From a virus: a stretch of DNA of 64,000 nucleotides. The notes below the pieces were generated by a model, which saw only the letters and a list, made by a program, of their open reading frames with translations, made no database searches and was not told where the DNA came from. This document shows, one piece after another, positions 18,497 through 29,153 of the stretch (the first letter of the stretch is position 1; each line of letters opens with the position of its first letter). The DNA lies in the IMG/VR virus record IMGVR_UViG_3300042197_000370. One strand, 5' to 3'. Both the position numbers and the translations under genes were made by a program.

Positions 18497-19117
18497 TTAA
18501 GCCATTGCGCCAGTCTTTGGCTTAGGCGGTCTTGAAATCTTACTCATTGGGCTATCAGGAAAAGTCTTGTCATCCAAATAAGGTTTAAATGGATCAAAAG
18601 CGTTAGGTGTTTTCTTAGCATCAAATTGCATTTTCATCTTACTATCTTTAGTTTGAGTCTTAATGCTCTTTAAATAACTATCACCATATGCCTTGCTTGC
18701 TTCTTTAGCACCTGCTTCCTGTTCTAACTTCTCATGTGTTAGTACAGGGCTATGTGACATTTGATTCTCATACCCTTCAACTTCTTTGTTAATGCTATCG
18801 TTATACTTGCTATCGATAACACGAACCATATCAACATTGTAGCCTAACAATTGTGCCATCTGCTGAATCATAGGTTCTGTTGCTGGATATCTGAAATTAG
18901 CCTTAATGATTGTAATTGGTTGATTTGAAACATTAGGGAAACCATATGGATCCTTTTGTATAGGAGTCGTTGTAGGCTCGCTAATGTCAATAGGGTCAAA
19001 TTTCTTCAAGTTGTACTTGAACATATCTAACCAATTCTTATCAACTTCACCAGCAATTTTAATGGTGTAGTTATAAGTCTTTATGCTTTCAGTAATGTAT
19101 TGTTTAAGGCTTTTCAT
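18497..19117 (-). CDS. Conserved virion/head-associated protein
   Basis: MKSLKQYITE N-terminus typical of prohead-protease substrates; own TAAATA at 19137-19142. Confidence 0.55.
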   Translation of the reverse strand: MKSLKQYITESIKTYNYTIKIAGEVDKNWLDMFKYNLKKFDPIDISEPTTTPIQKDPYGFPNVSNQPITIIKANFRYPATEPMIQQMAQLLGYNVDMVRVIDSKYNDSINKEVEGYENQMSHSPVLTHEKLEQEAGAKEASKAYGDSYLKSIKTQTKDSKMKMQFDAKKTPNAFDPFKPYLDDKTFPDSPMSKISRPPKPKTGAMA

Positions 19118-19145
19118 AATAGATTCCCGTGTCTAATATTTATCA

Positions 19146-19625
19146 TTATTCTTGATTTTTACCGTTCAGTATTTTAAGTAATTCGTTACGGTCTAGTGCT
19201 TGGCCAGCACCTAAGGGTACGTTTTCTACTTCTTTATCTTTGTCAGCAGACTTCGCATCTAATGCGGCCTTCTTTAATTGAAGTTCAATCATCTTTAACT
19301 TCTTGTTAAGTTTAGCAGTCTTTGCAGTAATAGCATGACCCAACATAGTTCCTGCTACTCCAAATATTTCAGCACTGAATCTGCTATCGACTTGCATGCC
19401 CAAATCCATTAGGTCTTTATAACTACTAGTTGCTAAGTCAGTTAGTGCATCCATTTCTGAATCTGCCGCATCTAATCCCTTTACTTGCGGTAATGCGTTT
19501 TCTATCTTCTCTAAACTATTCAATGCTTCTTTAGTAATACCCTCTACTAACGGAGCCTGTAACTCATTTACCGATTCGGTTTCTGTAGTTGGAAGGTCAA
19601 AAAGGTCTTGAAGTTTTTTAGTCAT
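19146..19625 (-). CDS. Helical protein, possible terminase small subunit
   Basis: All-helical with a C-terminal coiled coil; context only. Confidence 0.35.
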   Translation of the reverse strand: MTKKLQDLFDLPTTETESVNELQAPLVEGITKEALNSLEKIENALPQVKGLDAADSEMDALTDLATSSYKDLMDLGMQVDSRFSAEIFGVAGTMLGHAITAKTAKLNKKLKMIELQLKKAALDAKSADKDKEVENVPLGAGQALDRNELLKILNGKNQE

Positions 19626-19637
19626 ACCGTTATTTAG

Positions 19638-20075
19638 TTACCTTTTTTTACCTTGATAGAAAAGGTCATCTTCAGTTATAACTCTAAACGTGTATCCTTG
19701 ACTCTTGCAATATGCCATAGCAGCCGCCCATTTAGCATGATTAATTGCTACAACCATTCTATCTCTAGCACTTGCTACTCTGCTTTCTATAAGACTTTCT
19801 TTTTTAGGTTTAATTTCTACTACTTCTGCTATCTTCTTCCCAAACTTATTTTCGTATACAACGAAAAAGTCAGGGACATAATTTGTGACCTTACCTGTAA
19901 TTGGATGCTTGTAAGGTATACGCATTGCTTCGCTAGCCCAATATAATACGTTCTTATGTGAATCACAGAACGTCATAAATGTTAATTCCCAACCCGAACG
20001 GTACTTAGGATTATGTTTCCCTATGTACTTGTGTGGATTTTTGGGTGTATATAAACCCTGTGCCCATTTAGCCAT
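19638..20075 (-). CDS. Head completion nuclease (T4 gp4/TnsA-N-like)
   Basis: YRSGWE, YVPDFFV, VEIKPK PD-(D/E)xK motifs. Confidence 0.85.
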   Translation of the reverse strand: MAKWAQGLYTPKNPHKYIGKHNPKYRSGWELTFMTFCDSHKNVLYWASEAMRIPYKHPITGKVTNYVPDFFVVYENKFGKKIAEVVEIKPKKESLIESRVASARDRMVVAINHAKWAAAMAYCKSQGYTFRVITEDDLFYQGKKR

Positions 20076-20076
20076 T

Positions 20077-20439
20077 TCATAAAACTACGTTACGGGCTAC
20101 ACTTTGATTTGGCTTAGGAACTATTCCTATACCATATAGTGATGTTTTAGATTTAAATCCGTTTAGATAATAACAAAGAGTTTGATTCATTTCTAACTTA
20201 TTCTTAGAGCCTTGAACTGATTCTAATAGTGCAATGACTGGTACACCTGCTTCCTGTGCTACTCTAAAAAATACTGCTGTAAAATTTTCAGCAATGTTTT
20301 TAGTGTCGCATACACCTAAGAAGTATGAGTATACTAAATCAAACTCAGAAGCATTAACGCTTAAGTCTGTTGAATAGAATGAATCAAATATTCTTACGGT
20401 CTGATCCAAATCGGTTCTGTTGTCTATAATTTTTCCCAT
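20077..20439 (-). CDS. Conserved hypothetical protein in the tail cluster
   Basis: 120-aa ORF with TAAATA-N5-ATG. Confidence 0.75.
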   Translation of the reverse strand: MGKIIDNRTDLDQTVRIFDSFYSTDLSVNASEFDLVYSYFLGVCDTKNIAENFTAVFFRVAQEAGVPVIALLESVQGSKNKLEMNQTLCYYLNGFKSKTSLYGIGIVPKPNQSVARNVVL

Positions 20440-20458
20440 AACAATATTTATCTACTAA

Positions 20459-21685
20459 TTAAGCACCGGTTCCCGATTTAGGGGCAGTAGTTGTCATGTT
20501 ACCTGCGACAGGCTCTTTAGATATTGTTGTTGGTTTAGTTAATGCACCAACTGGCGGGGCGCCTGCTGTTCCTAATACGTTTGGTGTTGCACCTGGTATT
20601 GGGAAATTGAACATAGTGTTTCTTGTTGGTGATGTTAATGGAGATCCTTTTGGAATACCCCTTAGGTATTGAATAAAGATTTGCTCTAATTCAGTCTTAA
20701 CAGTTTGTTGTAATTTAACGTTTTTATTACCATAGTAAAGTCTAGACATGTTAATAACATCAACTAATGTTATTTGATTGTTTCTAGCCTTCTCAAGAAA
20801 ACCGCCAATTGCATCTAAGAGTCCGTTTGGACCAAATACGTTACTATTAGATCCTGGTCTTGATATAGGACTGAGTTTTCTGTCGTAGTTTTGCTCTAGA
20901 CCGAATCCCTTAACAATGTCGCTAGGTGAATTACCATCTAATGCGCCGTAGTTATATACTACAGTTTCATAATCTACACTCATTGTATTCTGCATGACAC
21001 CTGAATTTTCAGAATAGTTGTAGGTGTCATGTGAGAATGATGTTATAATAGGATTTATTAAAGTATATGCGGTGAACTTATGTTGATAAAAACCAAATAT
21101 GTTAATTGTTCTAAAGAACGCAGGTTTAGTGGGTGCTGCATTAGGTTTAGGTGCTCTTGTTTCACCTATATAACCCCAATCATCGTTACCACTAATTGAA
21201 TTAATATATTGTGTTCTTACATTGTATTGTGTATCACCACCTGTTACAGCACCACCTCTGACACCTCTGAATAAATCAACATCAGGCTTTGTACCATCTT
21301 TGTAATAATATGTATAATATGCTTCCCAAAGTTTTGTTATTGTACTTGCATTATCATCATGAAAATTAATACTAACAGGATCATACTTGATTTTAGTTTG
21401 TACAATGCGTTTACGATTATATTGATTGAGTTGTAGTGTGTTAAAATTATATGCTGGCAGTTTAACATCTTTGACTAATAAGCCAAAGTTGGTACCAGTA
21501 CCGAGGCCAACAGGATAAGCCTCGGTATTGATATCAAAATAAACGTGAAATAAAAACTTTAACTTAGGAGCATTCTGATATAGATTGGTCCTAAAAGTTT
21601 TACTTGCGTGGGTAAAGTCTCTAAGGTAATCGTTGCCGAAGAAACCTCCGGCAACGTCCCTAAGAAAGTTTGACAACTGCGCCAT
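20459..21685 (-). CDS. Tail-tube-like baseplate/tube initiator (gp48/gp54-like)
   Basis: PKLKFLFHVYF, VKDVKLP, NQYNRKRIVQTKIKYDPVSINFHDD tube-fold motifs next to the tail tube gene. Confidence 0.7.
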   Translation of the reverse strand: MAQLSNFLRDVAGGFFGNDYLRDFTHASKTFRTNLYQNAPKLKFLFHVYFDINTEAYPVGLGTGTNFGLLVKDVKLPAYNFNTLQLNQYNRKRIVQTKIKYDPVSINFHDDNASTITKLWEAYYTYYYKDGTKPDVDLFRGVRGGAVTGGDTQYNVRTQYINSISGNDDWGYIGETRAPKPNAAPTKPAFFRTINIFGFYQHKFTAYTLINPIITSFSHDTYNYSENSGVMQNTMSVDYETVVYNYGALDGNSPSDIVKGFGLEQNYDRKLSPISRPGSNSNVFGPNGLLDAIGGFLEKARNNQITLVDVINMSRLYYGNKNVKLQQTVKTELEQIFIQYLRGIPKGSPLTSPTRNTMFNFPIPGATPNVLGTAGAPPVGALTKPTTISKEPVAGNMTTTAPKSGTGA

Positions 21686-21704
21686 GTAATAATCCTAAAG
21701 ATTA

Positions 21705-22337
21705 TTACGCGCCAACGCCAGATGCCAAATCGCCTAATGTTCTTCCGATTGCGGAACCAACACCAGAGCCTAATGGAGCCTGAACAGCGTTGTCATAAGC
21801 AATGCTTAATGCGATTGTTACGGCATCATTTGTACCATAATTTAGAGTATTGTAGTTTGCACCCTTAAGGAAGCAACCATACAATTCCCAAGTCTCTAGT
21901 ACTCTTGGTGCGGCTGTACCATTACCACCATCAAGAATTTCGATGTTAGTTTGGAACTTATAATCATTACCTGCTGATGCAGATGCTTGTTCAACAAAGT
22001 CCAATTGCTTCTGTAATTGTTGACCAACAGCCTTTGAAACGGTGCCGCTTGCATCATCACGGATATTGATACTCATATCAGCCCATGTGTGCTTACCAGC
22101 AAGTTTAATTGTTGAGTTGTAAACTTGCAATGGAATTTCAGCAAACGTTAAGTTTGGACGTGAGCAATCAATTACTTGTTTAGTTAGTGCGAGGCCACCT
22201 GTAGCATCAACTCCGAAGTTACTGAAAATAACTCTAAAGCGATACTGTAGTTTTGGCATTAACAAGCCTTGGTTACCAGTTCCTCCATCGGAACCAGAAA
22301 CTGACATGTTGATTAGTGATTGTGAGGCTACTGCCAT
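21705..22337 (-). CDS. Tail tube protein (gp19-like)
   Basis: PKLQYRFRV, LAGKHTWADMSINIRDD, WELYGCF, IAYDNA; follows the sheath gene. Confidence 0.9.
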   Translation of the reverse strand: MAVASQSLINMSVSGSDGGTGNQGLLMPKLQYRFRVIFSNFGVDATGGLALTKQVIDCSRPNLTFAEIPLQVYNSTIKLAGKHTWADMSINIRDDASGTVSKAVGQQLQKQLDFVEQASASAGNDYKFQTNIEILDGGNGTAAPRVLETWELYGCFLKGANYNTLNYGTNDAVTIALSIAYDNAVQAPLGSGVGSAIGRTLGDLASGVGA

Positions 22338-22374
22338 TTTTTAATCTCCTGTTATCTTTTATTTATCTCATTTT

Positions 22375-22398
22375 GATTGGGTGCCGAAGCACCCAATC
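22375..22398. terminator. UUCG hairpin between sheath and tube (terminator or stabiliser)
   Basis: GATTGGGTGC-(TTCG on minus)-GCACCCAATC; no clear U-tract on the minus strand. Confidence 0.5.
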
Positions 22399-22409
22399 TA
22401 TCTTACTGC

Positions 22410-25400
22410 TTATAGTTCACCAGTGTTGAATATACGTACAGGGATGTAGATAAACTCAGCAGCCTTGACTGGTTCAAGCGCAACGTCAATCCACAATTCA
22501 TTACGATCTATTCTAGCAGGTGTGTTGTTTGAATCATCACATACTACTAGATAATCATAGATGCCTCGTTTTGCAACTAGATCCAAGAACAACGTATCAA
22601 CAACACCTGAAATTTCAGTTCTTGTTAATGCATCATTTGGTTCGAATACGAACGGTCTCGCCGCAATTGTCAACTGTCTACGTACATATGCTACAAGTCT
22701 TGCAACGTTAATTCTATCAAGTGCTGATAGACTATTGAAACTTGACTTGTTACCATAGTTCAACAATCCATTTCCTGTAAAAAATACAAGAGGATTGATG
22801 AAGTTTGTATACAATACATCACGTATACCTACTCTTGTGCGTGTTGTTACAAACTCGCCAGTAGCACTATCAACATAACCAATGTTAGTTGCATTATCAA
22901 TTAGACCACGGCGTGTGCCTGCTGGTGCTAACCAAGGATAAGCGATAGTGTCATTTCTCAGGAATGTTCTAATCATCATGTGTGATGGGGGAACTGCTAC
23001 TAGATTGCCATTAACTGGTTCTGGAGCAATACCACTTGGGTAGAACAATCCCATATAAGTGCTACGTGTTACGCAACCATCTTCACCTGTGCTTGTTGCA
23101 CCTGCAGCGTTAGTTGCCCATGCTTGAATTGCAGTAGCATTATCTGGGAGACGCATTGGTGTGTCACCGATAATGAATGCAGTGTCACCTCTATCAGCAT
23201 TCAATACAACCATGTTAGGTTGTAGTTCAGGATAGTTAGGTGTAGCCATCAAGTTGAAGAATTGATCCTCATCGCGGATATCTGTATTAGTATCAATTGC
23301 TACACGTAATGCTTGTACAACCATTGCTCTTTGAGCCTTGCGACCCATGAAAGGAGCACCGTTTGATTGCAAGCCACTTGCTGATACCCATGCATCTCTT
23401 TGTGTTGGAAGAGTTTCATCTGGGAATCTGTCATTGTTAAAGTAGTTTACGCTATACTGCTTAACATTGTAACCTGAACGTCTTGTATTGAACAACAAAA
23501 TACCTGTTGGGTATAGAGTTGGCTCAGGTGCATCTAAGTCTAAGTAATCGCTAGTTAATAAACTTACGATACTTGGAATTGGATCATCTGCTGGGTTAGT
23601 TGTGCCGTTTGGTGCCCAACGTGCATCAGCAAACAAGATACCACTTGAACCAATGTTATCAGTGTTATCAATTCTTACCCACTTGTCAGTGAGGTCTACA
23701 TTCTGCCAACGATAAATTAATGGATAATTTTCAAGGTCAGTTGTGTTGATCCAAAGATCACCATACGCAAGAGCAGTACCATCTGACTGAGTAGTTGGCT
23801 CACTTGCGCTTACAATTGGACCTGCTGGGTCAGTTGTATTTGGAATTGATGTTGATGGGAAACCATTAAAGTCATAACCAATGTTCTGATAACCATACCA
23901 GTCACCATTAAAGTTTACCATAATGTCTGCTTGGTTAACTACACTGTAGAACCAGTTAGTACCATTTGCAGGTGCTGCTACTGGAGCGCCTTCATTTGCT
24001 GTGTAGTCTAATGGGTACCAGTTACTTAACATTGTGGTGTATGGTATGCCAGCGCCTTGACCTGAAATGTATGACACTTCAAGTACTTGTCCACCTAAAC
24101 CAACTGCTGTTACAACTACTGTTAAGTTGTTGCCAGGAGTTGTACCTCCCATGTCTGCACCATTAAATGTTACTTCATCGCCTACTGCATAACCTGATCC
24201 GCCATTTGGAATGACAGTTGGGTTGACGCTATAAACTTGATGATCGTTAGTCACAGTAATCTGTAAACTTGTACCAACACCTGTTGTTGATGCTTGACTT
24301 GGTGTATAAGTGATCATAGACCATGGGCCGTATTTTACACCATATGGTGTGCTACCAGCAGTAAATCCTGCAGTGCTCATTAAACCACTTGAATTACCTT
24401 TGCTACCACCTGTTTGTATAATATCATTAATGATAATTACACCACCTTCAGTGTGACTAATTTGTAACGCACCTGAATCAGTTACGCTACATGTAGTGAA
24501 GGGCACACCTGCTGCTGACCATGCGGTAACGAAATCAGTAGCATCAGTGCTATCTGCTAAATTGAAAGTATATGTACTTGACAAAGCATTGCTGCCTGGT
24601 AATGATACTTGAATTAATGCAGTGTATGGGCCATTAGTGAAGTTAGGTGCAGTATTAGTACCTGTTACTACTGTTGGACCCTCTGCAATTCTTTCCCATA
24701 AGTAAACTGGGCCTTGATTATATTCACCATTAAAATTGTACTGTGCGTATATTGTGCCTGCAGGAATCGCTTCTCCGCCTGTTGCGTCTAATGATGCAAT
24801 AACTGCCCAATCACTCTGTGATAACGTAATTGTCTTTGGCAACCATGCTTTTGTTAAATCATTCCAAACAGACACTACTGGTAATAAACCACCGCCAGTG
24901 CTACCAACCTTAAACCAAACTGAACCAGTTGGTCTTGGGTAAGTTTGACTTGACTGCCATAATGGCTGCTGTGCTGAAGTACCATATGCGAATCCAGGCT
25001 GATAATATGTGCCTGCAGTTACGCCTAAGTCTGCTAACAATGTACCTGTACCACTGACTGTTAAGTAGTAAGGAATTGTTGGATCAATACCGCCGTCTCC
25101 TGCTGTCTGCTTACTGAAAAGATTCATTTTTCCTGATTGTACGGAAGCAGATAGATATGTCCAACCCAATGCGTTAATATCATTTACAAGAACTGACAAC
25201 ACGTTATTTGGTGAAGGCTGAACTGTAATAGTTGCATTGTTATCACCACTCATGTTGATAGTAATTGTATCACCAGGTGTTAATGTTGGGTTAGAATTAG
25301 TTGCTTGAACTGTTGGCCATGCACCTAACCATGAACCGCTTCCAACTGGAACCCAAGTATTGCTTGGTGTTTTATAGAAGAATTCAGTTGCCGTAACGTT

Positions 25401-25994
25401 TGATGGTCTTGCGGCGTCATTATACACTGTGTTAACAGCATAGTCACCGATCTGACCAAGTGATGCTACTGGAACACTACCTGCAATTAATGCTGAATCA
25501 CTAATTACGATAGGAGTTTGTACTACGAATTGACCTGTTGTTGCGTTGAATTCATAGATACCCCATGTAGATGTAGTAGTATCTAACCAATATGTTCCGT
25601 CTGTTGGATCACCTGTTGGGCGACCTGTAGAACCAACTAAACTTGCTAAGTCAATGTCTGCTCTCATTGTATATACAGTATTGGTTGCACCCAATGCTGA
25701 ATATGCGGCAAGCAAACCATACTCGTTCAATTCGTAGCCCTGAATAGGAGTACCATTTGAAGTTGTATAGAAGAAAGGATTACCATACAATGCAACCAAA
25801 TCACGCTGACTTGTAACTCTGTAGAGTTTATTAGCGTTAGCCGCAGTTGTACCTGGTGCTACTCTAGTGCTTGTAGGGTCTGCCTTATTCTGCGCTGTTG
25901 CTAACAGAATGAATGGAATTGAGTTTGTTGGCGCTGGAAGATATTGAGCTTGGTCAACGATTGTTACTTCTACGCCAGGAGATGCTAGTGCCAT
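22410..25994 (-). CDS. Tail sheath protein (gp18-like, 1194 aa with insertions)
   Basis: MALASPGVEVTIVD start; PWLAPAGTRRG, LDRINVARL, FVFEPND, PVKAAEFIYIP C-terminal motifs. Confidence 0.95.
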   Translation of the reverse strand: MALASPGVEVTIVDQAQYLPAPTNSIPFILLATAQNKADPTSTRVAPGTTAANANKLYRVTSQRDLVALYGNPFFYTTSNGTPIQGYELNEYGLLAAYSALGATNTVYTMRADIDLASLVGSTGRPTGDPTDGTYWLDTTTSTWGIYEFNATTGQFVVQTPIVISDSALIAGSVPVASLGQIGDYAVNTVYNDAARPSNVTATEFFYKTPSNTWVPVGSGSWLGAWPTVQATNSNPTLTPGDTITINMSGDNNATITVQPSPNNVLSVLVNDINALGWTYLSASVQSGKMNLFSKQTAGDGGIDPTIPYYLTVSGTGTLLADLGVTAGTYYQPGFAYGTSAQQPLWQSSQTYPRPTGSVWFKVGSTGGGLLPVVSVWNDLTKAWLPKTITLSQSDWAVIASLDATGGEAIPAGTIYAQYNFNGEYNQGPVYLWERIAEGPTVVTGTNTAPNFTNGPYTALIQVSLPGSNALSSTYTFNLADSTDATDFVTAWSAAGVPFTTCSVTDSGALQISHTEGGVIIINDIIQTGGSKGNSSGLMSTAGFTAGSTPYGVKYGPWSMITYTPSQASTTGVGTSLQITVTNDHQVYSVNPTVIPNGGSGYAVGDEVTFNGADMGGTTPGNNLTVVVTAVGLGGQVLEVSYISGQGAGIPYTTMLSNWYPLDYTANEGAPVAAPANGTNWFYSVVNQADIMVNFNGDWYGYQNIGYDFNGFPSTSIPNTTDPAGPIVSASEPTTQSDGTALAYGDLWINTTDLENYPLIYRWQNVDLTDKWVRIDNTDNIGSSGILFADARWAPNGTTNPADDPIPSIVSLLTSDYLDLDAPEPTLYPTGILLFNTRRSGYNVKQYSVNYFNNDRFPDETLPTQRDAWVSASGLQSNGAPFMGRKAQRAMVVQALRVAIDTNTDIRDEDQFFNLMATPNYPELQPNMVVLNADRGDTAFIIGDTPMRLPDNATAIQAWATNAAGATSTGEDGCVTRSTYMGLFYPSGIAPEPVNGNLVAVPPSHMMIRTFLRNDTIAYPWLAPAGTRRGLIDNATNIGYVDSATGEFVTTRTRVGIRDVLYTNFINPLVFFTGNGLLNYGNKSSFNSLSALDRINVARLVAYVRRQLTIAARPFVFEPNDALTRTEISGVVDTLFLDLVAKRGIYDYLVVCDDSNNTPARIDRNELWIDVALEPVKAAEFIYIPVRIFNTGEL

Positions 25995-26049
25995 GTTATG
26001 TTTCCTTTATTGTAAAATTATGAGGTTTACCACCTGTGTTACATATTAT

Positions 26050-26055
26050 TATTTA
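26050..26055 (-). promoter_or_regulatory. Late promoter TATAAATA of the sheath operon
   Basis: Full T4 consensus TATAAATA upstream of the sheath leader. Confidence 0.75.
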
Positions 26056-26110
26056 TAAAAATAACCAAAAAACTATGGATTACCATGCCTTCGAAGGTTA
26101 TAAATACTTC

Positions 26111-26464
26111 ATGTCTATTAAAAGACCTATATGCAAATCTTGTAATAAAAATCCATGTGCAATTAACTACGTCCGTGTAGGAATCACACATTATAGAAGT
26201 ATCTGCGACCAATGCGGAAGGAAGAAAACAAAACAAAAGCCCCGCATCTTCAACTGGGAAAAGGCGGGGTATAAGAAAAAACCCACATGTGATATATGTG
26301 GGTTTAAAAGTCTATATCCAACTCAGATGACAGTTTTCCATATAGACGGAAATCTGAAAAACGTTGAATATAGTAATCTACGTAGTATCTGTTTGAACTG
26401 CGTAGAGGTAGTGAAAAAGAGAGAAGTTACTTGGAAACGCGGGGATTTACAGGTTGATTATTGA
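26111..26464 (+). CDS. Zn-finger/HNH-like endonuclease-fold protein
   Basis: CxxC pairs, HIDGNLKN..NLRSICLNC; start moved to ATG 26111 because TATAAATA-N4-ATG precedes it. Confidence 0.75.
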   Translation: MSIKRPICKSCNKNPCAINYVRVGITHYRSICDQCGRKKTKQKPRIFNWEKAGYKKKPTCDICGFKSLYPTQMTVFHIDGNLKNVEYSNLRSICLNCVEVVKKREVTWKRGDLQVDY

Positions 26465-27079
26465 ATCAATCTTCCTGTGCAAATCATCAATAGTTCCGTT
26501 ATTATCAATATAATGGTCGTACTCTAATCCTACGCTACTATATTCACTAGCATGTACACTGTGCTGTTCTAAAGTTTCCATTGCACTTTTATAGCCGGGG
26601 CTGTAATATCCTTTAGAAAATTCTATGGCAGCATCGTACCATATAGGATTGCTACCCCTCAAAACTCTAATAGTGATTCCACCAGATCGTTTAATAGACT
26701 TCAATTCGTTAGGAAATCTACAGTCACTAATGACCACGTTGTTTCGTATTCCGCGCAACTGATGTTCTACACTAGCAATCCATATATCGTCATGGAACGC
26801 TCTACGACCTACTTCGGTACCCCATTGTTGCAACACCCATCGTGGTGTAAGATGTTTAATTCCCAATCGTTCTGACCACCAAGGGTCAACTTGATCGCGC
26901 CACTCTCGGCTATACCTAGAATTACCTTCTAATAATTCACGATCCCAATTAAAGATTGACGCAACTGCATCTTTGAGCGGTCCTGCATAACTCATTTTTT
27001 GGAACCCTTTGAATCTAATAAGATAGTCAGCAACCGTGTCCTTACCACTACCGATAAATCCTGAAATTCCTATGATCAT
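26447..27079 (-). CDS. Deoxynucleoside monophosphate kinase (T4 gp1-like)
   Basis: GFIGSGKDT, PRWVLQQWGTEVGR, ISDCRFPNE; upstream TTGCTT-N17-TATAAT. Confidence 0.93.
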   Translation of the reverse strand: MIIGISGFIGSGKDTVADYLIRFKGFQKMSYAGPLKDAVASIFNWDRELLEGNSRYSREWRDQVDPWWSERLGIKHLTPRWVLQQWGTEVGRRAFHDDIWIASVEHQLRGIRNNVVISDCRFPNELKSIKRSGGITIRVLRGSNPIWYDAAIEFSKGYYSPGYKSAMETLEQHSVHASEYSSVGLEYDHYIDNNGTIDDLHRKIDSIINL

Positions 27080-27138
27080 AATGTCTCCAGTTAATATTAC
27101 TATTATACTGGAATTTTAAAATAAAAGCAAGAAGTATT

Positions 27139-27924
27139 TTACCCTTGTACCCAAGTCAATGGTTGACTGTAATCTACATAACGTTTTAATTCGTCAATGA
27201 GTCTTTCCATATCTGCTTTAGATTCTGCTTTCATAGCGGCGCCGTTCAAACTTGTGCCGCCACTTGGACCCGCAATCGTTGCAAACTTTTCACGTGCTTC
27301 ACCAATAATACCTTTTAACACTGCAAATGTGTAATCGCCAATCCAAACACCTGCACCCGGATCTTGTAATAATTGCTCAACTGGTCTTTGAACGTCTGCC
27401 CAAATAAGAATGCGCTCACCACTTCCTTTGAAGTCACGCACAACTTTTAATACTTTTGTAACAGGGTTAAACGTATAAATCAAATATCCACCGAACATAC
27501 GTGCAGCCAATTCAACATAACCTGCATAGAAGTCATATGTTGCCATGCCACCTGTATAGTTATAGTTTAGCAAGTATGTGTTAAGAATAGCACTACTGAA
27601 TGGATCAAAACTAGTTGAACTTGGACCAGTTTCAAGACCTACTGTTCTACGAAATACACTACGGACATTGATAAACTCACTGGGTAATGTATAAGTGTCG
27701 ATATTCTTTTCAACGGTCATTAATGTGTAGGACTCTACCGTAGCATTTTGCGCACGTTGTCTATACACACGAATAGCATAATTAAATGCGGCTTCGTAAT
27801 GTTCCGGATCTAATTCAATGTCAATAATACCGTCACCTAGACGATATTTTAAATTGTCAAACAATCCTTGTTTGAGTTCAGTTAACGTTAAATTAGTGGG
27901 TGTTGATAAGATATCTGTTGGCAT
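27139..27924 (-). CDS. Neck protein (gp13-like)
   Basis: YRLGDGIIDIELDPEHY, GEAREKFATIAGPSGGTSLNG. Confidence 0.8.
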   Translation of the reverse strand: MPTDILSTPTNLTLTELKQGLFDNLKYRLGDGIIDIELDPEHYEAAFNYAIRVYRQRAQNATVESYTLMTVEKNIDTYTLPSEFINVRSVFRRTVGLETGPSSTSFDPFSSAILNTYLLNYNYTGGMATYDFYAGYVELAARMFGGYLIYTFNPVTKVLKVVRDFKGSGERILIWADVQRPVEQLLQDPGAGVWIGDYTFAVLKGIIGEAREKFATIAGPSGGTSLNGAAMKAESKADMERLIDELKRYVDYSQPLTWVQG

Positions 27925-27951
27925 AATATTTCCCGATATTATGCTTATTTA

Positions 27952-28401
27952 TCAGAGGTCTCCGGCTTTACGATTCTCACTATAGAATGCATCAAACTCT
28001 CCGCCCGGATATCGTGATTTAAGTTTGTTAACATTTTCAGCAATAACATCGTTTGGGTCTAACTGCAATGCACGACAAGCATTGATCCAGTACCACATAA
28101 TGTCGCCTAATTCACGTTTCATGTGGAATACGTTTTCTTCATTGAGTGGCTTGCCCTGAAAGAAAATCTTTTTAATGATTTCTTGGAACTCGCCACCCTC
28201 ACTACCCAATCCCAATCCAGCAGTTAGTAACAATGGCACATTGATGTTAGGACCATGCATGTACTCACCGTCGCTTCCATATGCCTCGTAATTTCCATCT
28301 AATCTGTCTAGTCTATTCATAAAACTAGTAAGGTCATTACTTTCCTTACTAGTGACGGCTTCTACGAATTCCTGATACTTGTGTAAATCTATCTGTTTCA
28401 T
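27952..28401 (-). CDS. mazG: MazG-like nucleoside triphosphate pyrophosphohydrolase
   Basis: GLGSEGGEF..IIKK, KRELGDIMWY, NVNKLKSRYP. Confidence 0.88.
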   Translation of the reverse strand: MKQIDLHKYQEFVEAVTSKESNDLTSFMNRLDRLDGNYEAYGSDGEYMHGPNINVPLLLTAGLGLGSEGGEFQEIIKKIFFQGKPLNEENVFHMKRELGDIMWYWINACRALQLDPNDVIAENVNKLKSRYPGGEFDAFYSENRKAGDL

Positions 28402-29153
28402 TGTGTCTCCATTATGTAATTGTAAAGTTCTTCAGCATAAAGTCTATGCGGTTCAACACCATGATGACCGTATATAGCCTTAGGATTTCTGTATGAGTTG
28501 TATTCAGAATCCTTATACTTTGTGTAAAAAGATTCTTTATTATTAAATACCTTATAATAATGTTTCTTATCTATAATATTAAAATAAGATTTCAAATATT
28601 TTTCGTTAGATTCTGAAAACATGTGCATTGTGTTTATCATTAGGTATTTCACACCCAAATGTTTTAAGAAAAATTGCATTTGTAATACAAGATTAACACT
28701 GTACAATTCAAAAAATTCTGTTCTCTTAATTATAAAGGATTGATAATCCTCTTGTATATCTTTTTCTCGCTCAGTGTAACCCTTAAATGAAAGATTAATG
28801 TGCAGAAAATTAGACATAGATGGTGATATCCAATCTGCAAATTTTCCAACAACCTTATTATACCACGTGGGGTATTGAAATGGTGCATCTACTCTAGTAG
28901 ATTCAGTCCATCCTATCAGTACAAACACTTCTTTATCTGTTATGTCATGATTTTGAAACCAATCGAGGACACTCCGAGCGATTGCGCCATTTGTGCTTCC
29001 ACCAATTGCTAAGTTGATAGGTCTATATCCTAACTTTTTTGCTAAGACATTTCCATAACTTAAACTACGATTCATCGCACTATCTAATTCACCATCAATT
29101 TCACTGCCGGCTGTATGACTACAGCCAGCAATTATCATTATTTTTTCTGACAT
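28398..29153 (-). CDS. SGNH-hydrolase-like protein (GCS variant)
   Basis: IAGCSHTAG block I, NLAIGGSTN block II, HHGVEPH C-terminal His; AT-rich. Confidence 0.65.
   Translation of the reverse strand: MSEKIMIIAGCSHTAGSEIDGELDSAMNRSLSYGNVLAKKLGYRPINLAIGGSTNGAIARSVLDWFQNHDITDKEVFVLIGWTESTRVDAPFQYPTWYNKVVGKFADWISPSMSNFLHINLSFKGYTEREKDIQEDYQSFIIKRTEFFELYSVNLVLQMQFFLKHLGVKYLMINTMHMFSESNEKYLKSYFNIIDKKHYYKVFNNKESFYTKYKDSEYNSYRNPKAIYGHHGVEPHRLYAEELYNYIMETQ

Noticed and set aside
19638-20075. TnsA transposase / mobile element
   Set aside because: Only the nuclease domain is present, in a head/tail gene context matching T4 gp4; no TnsB/C or terminal repeats.
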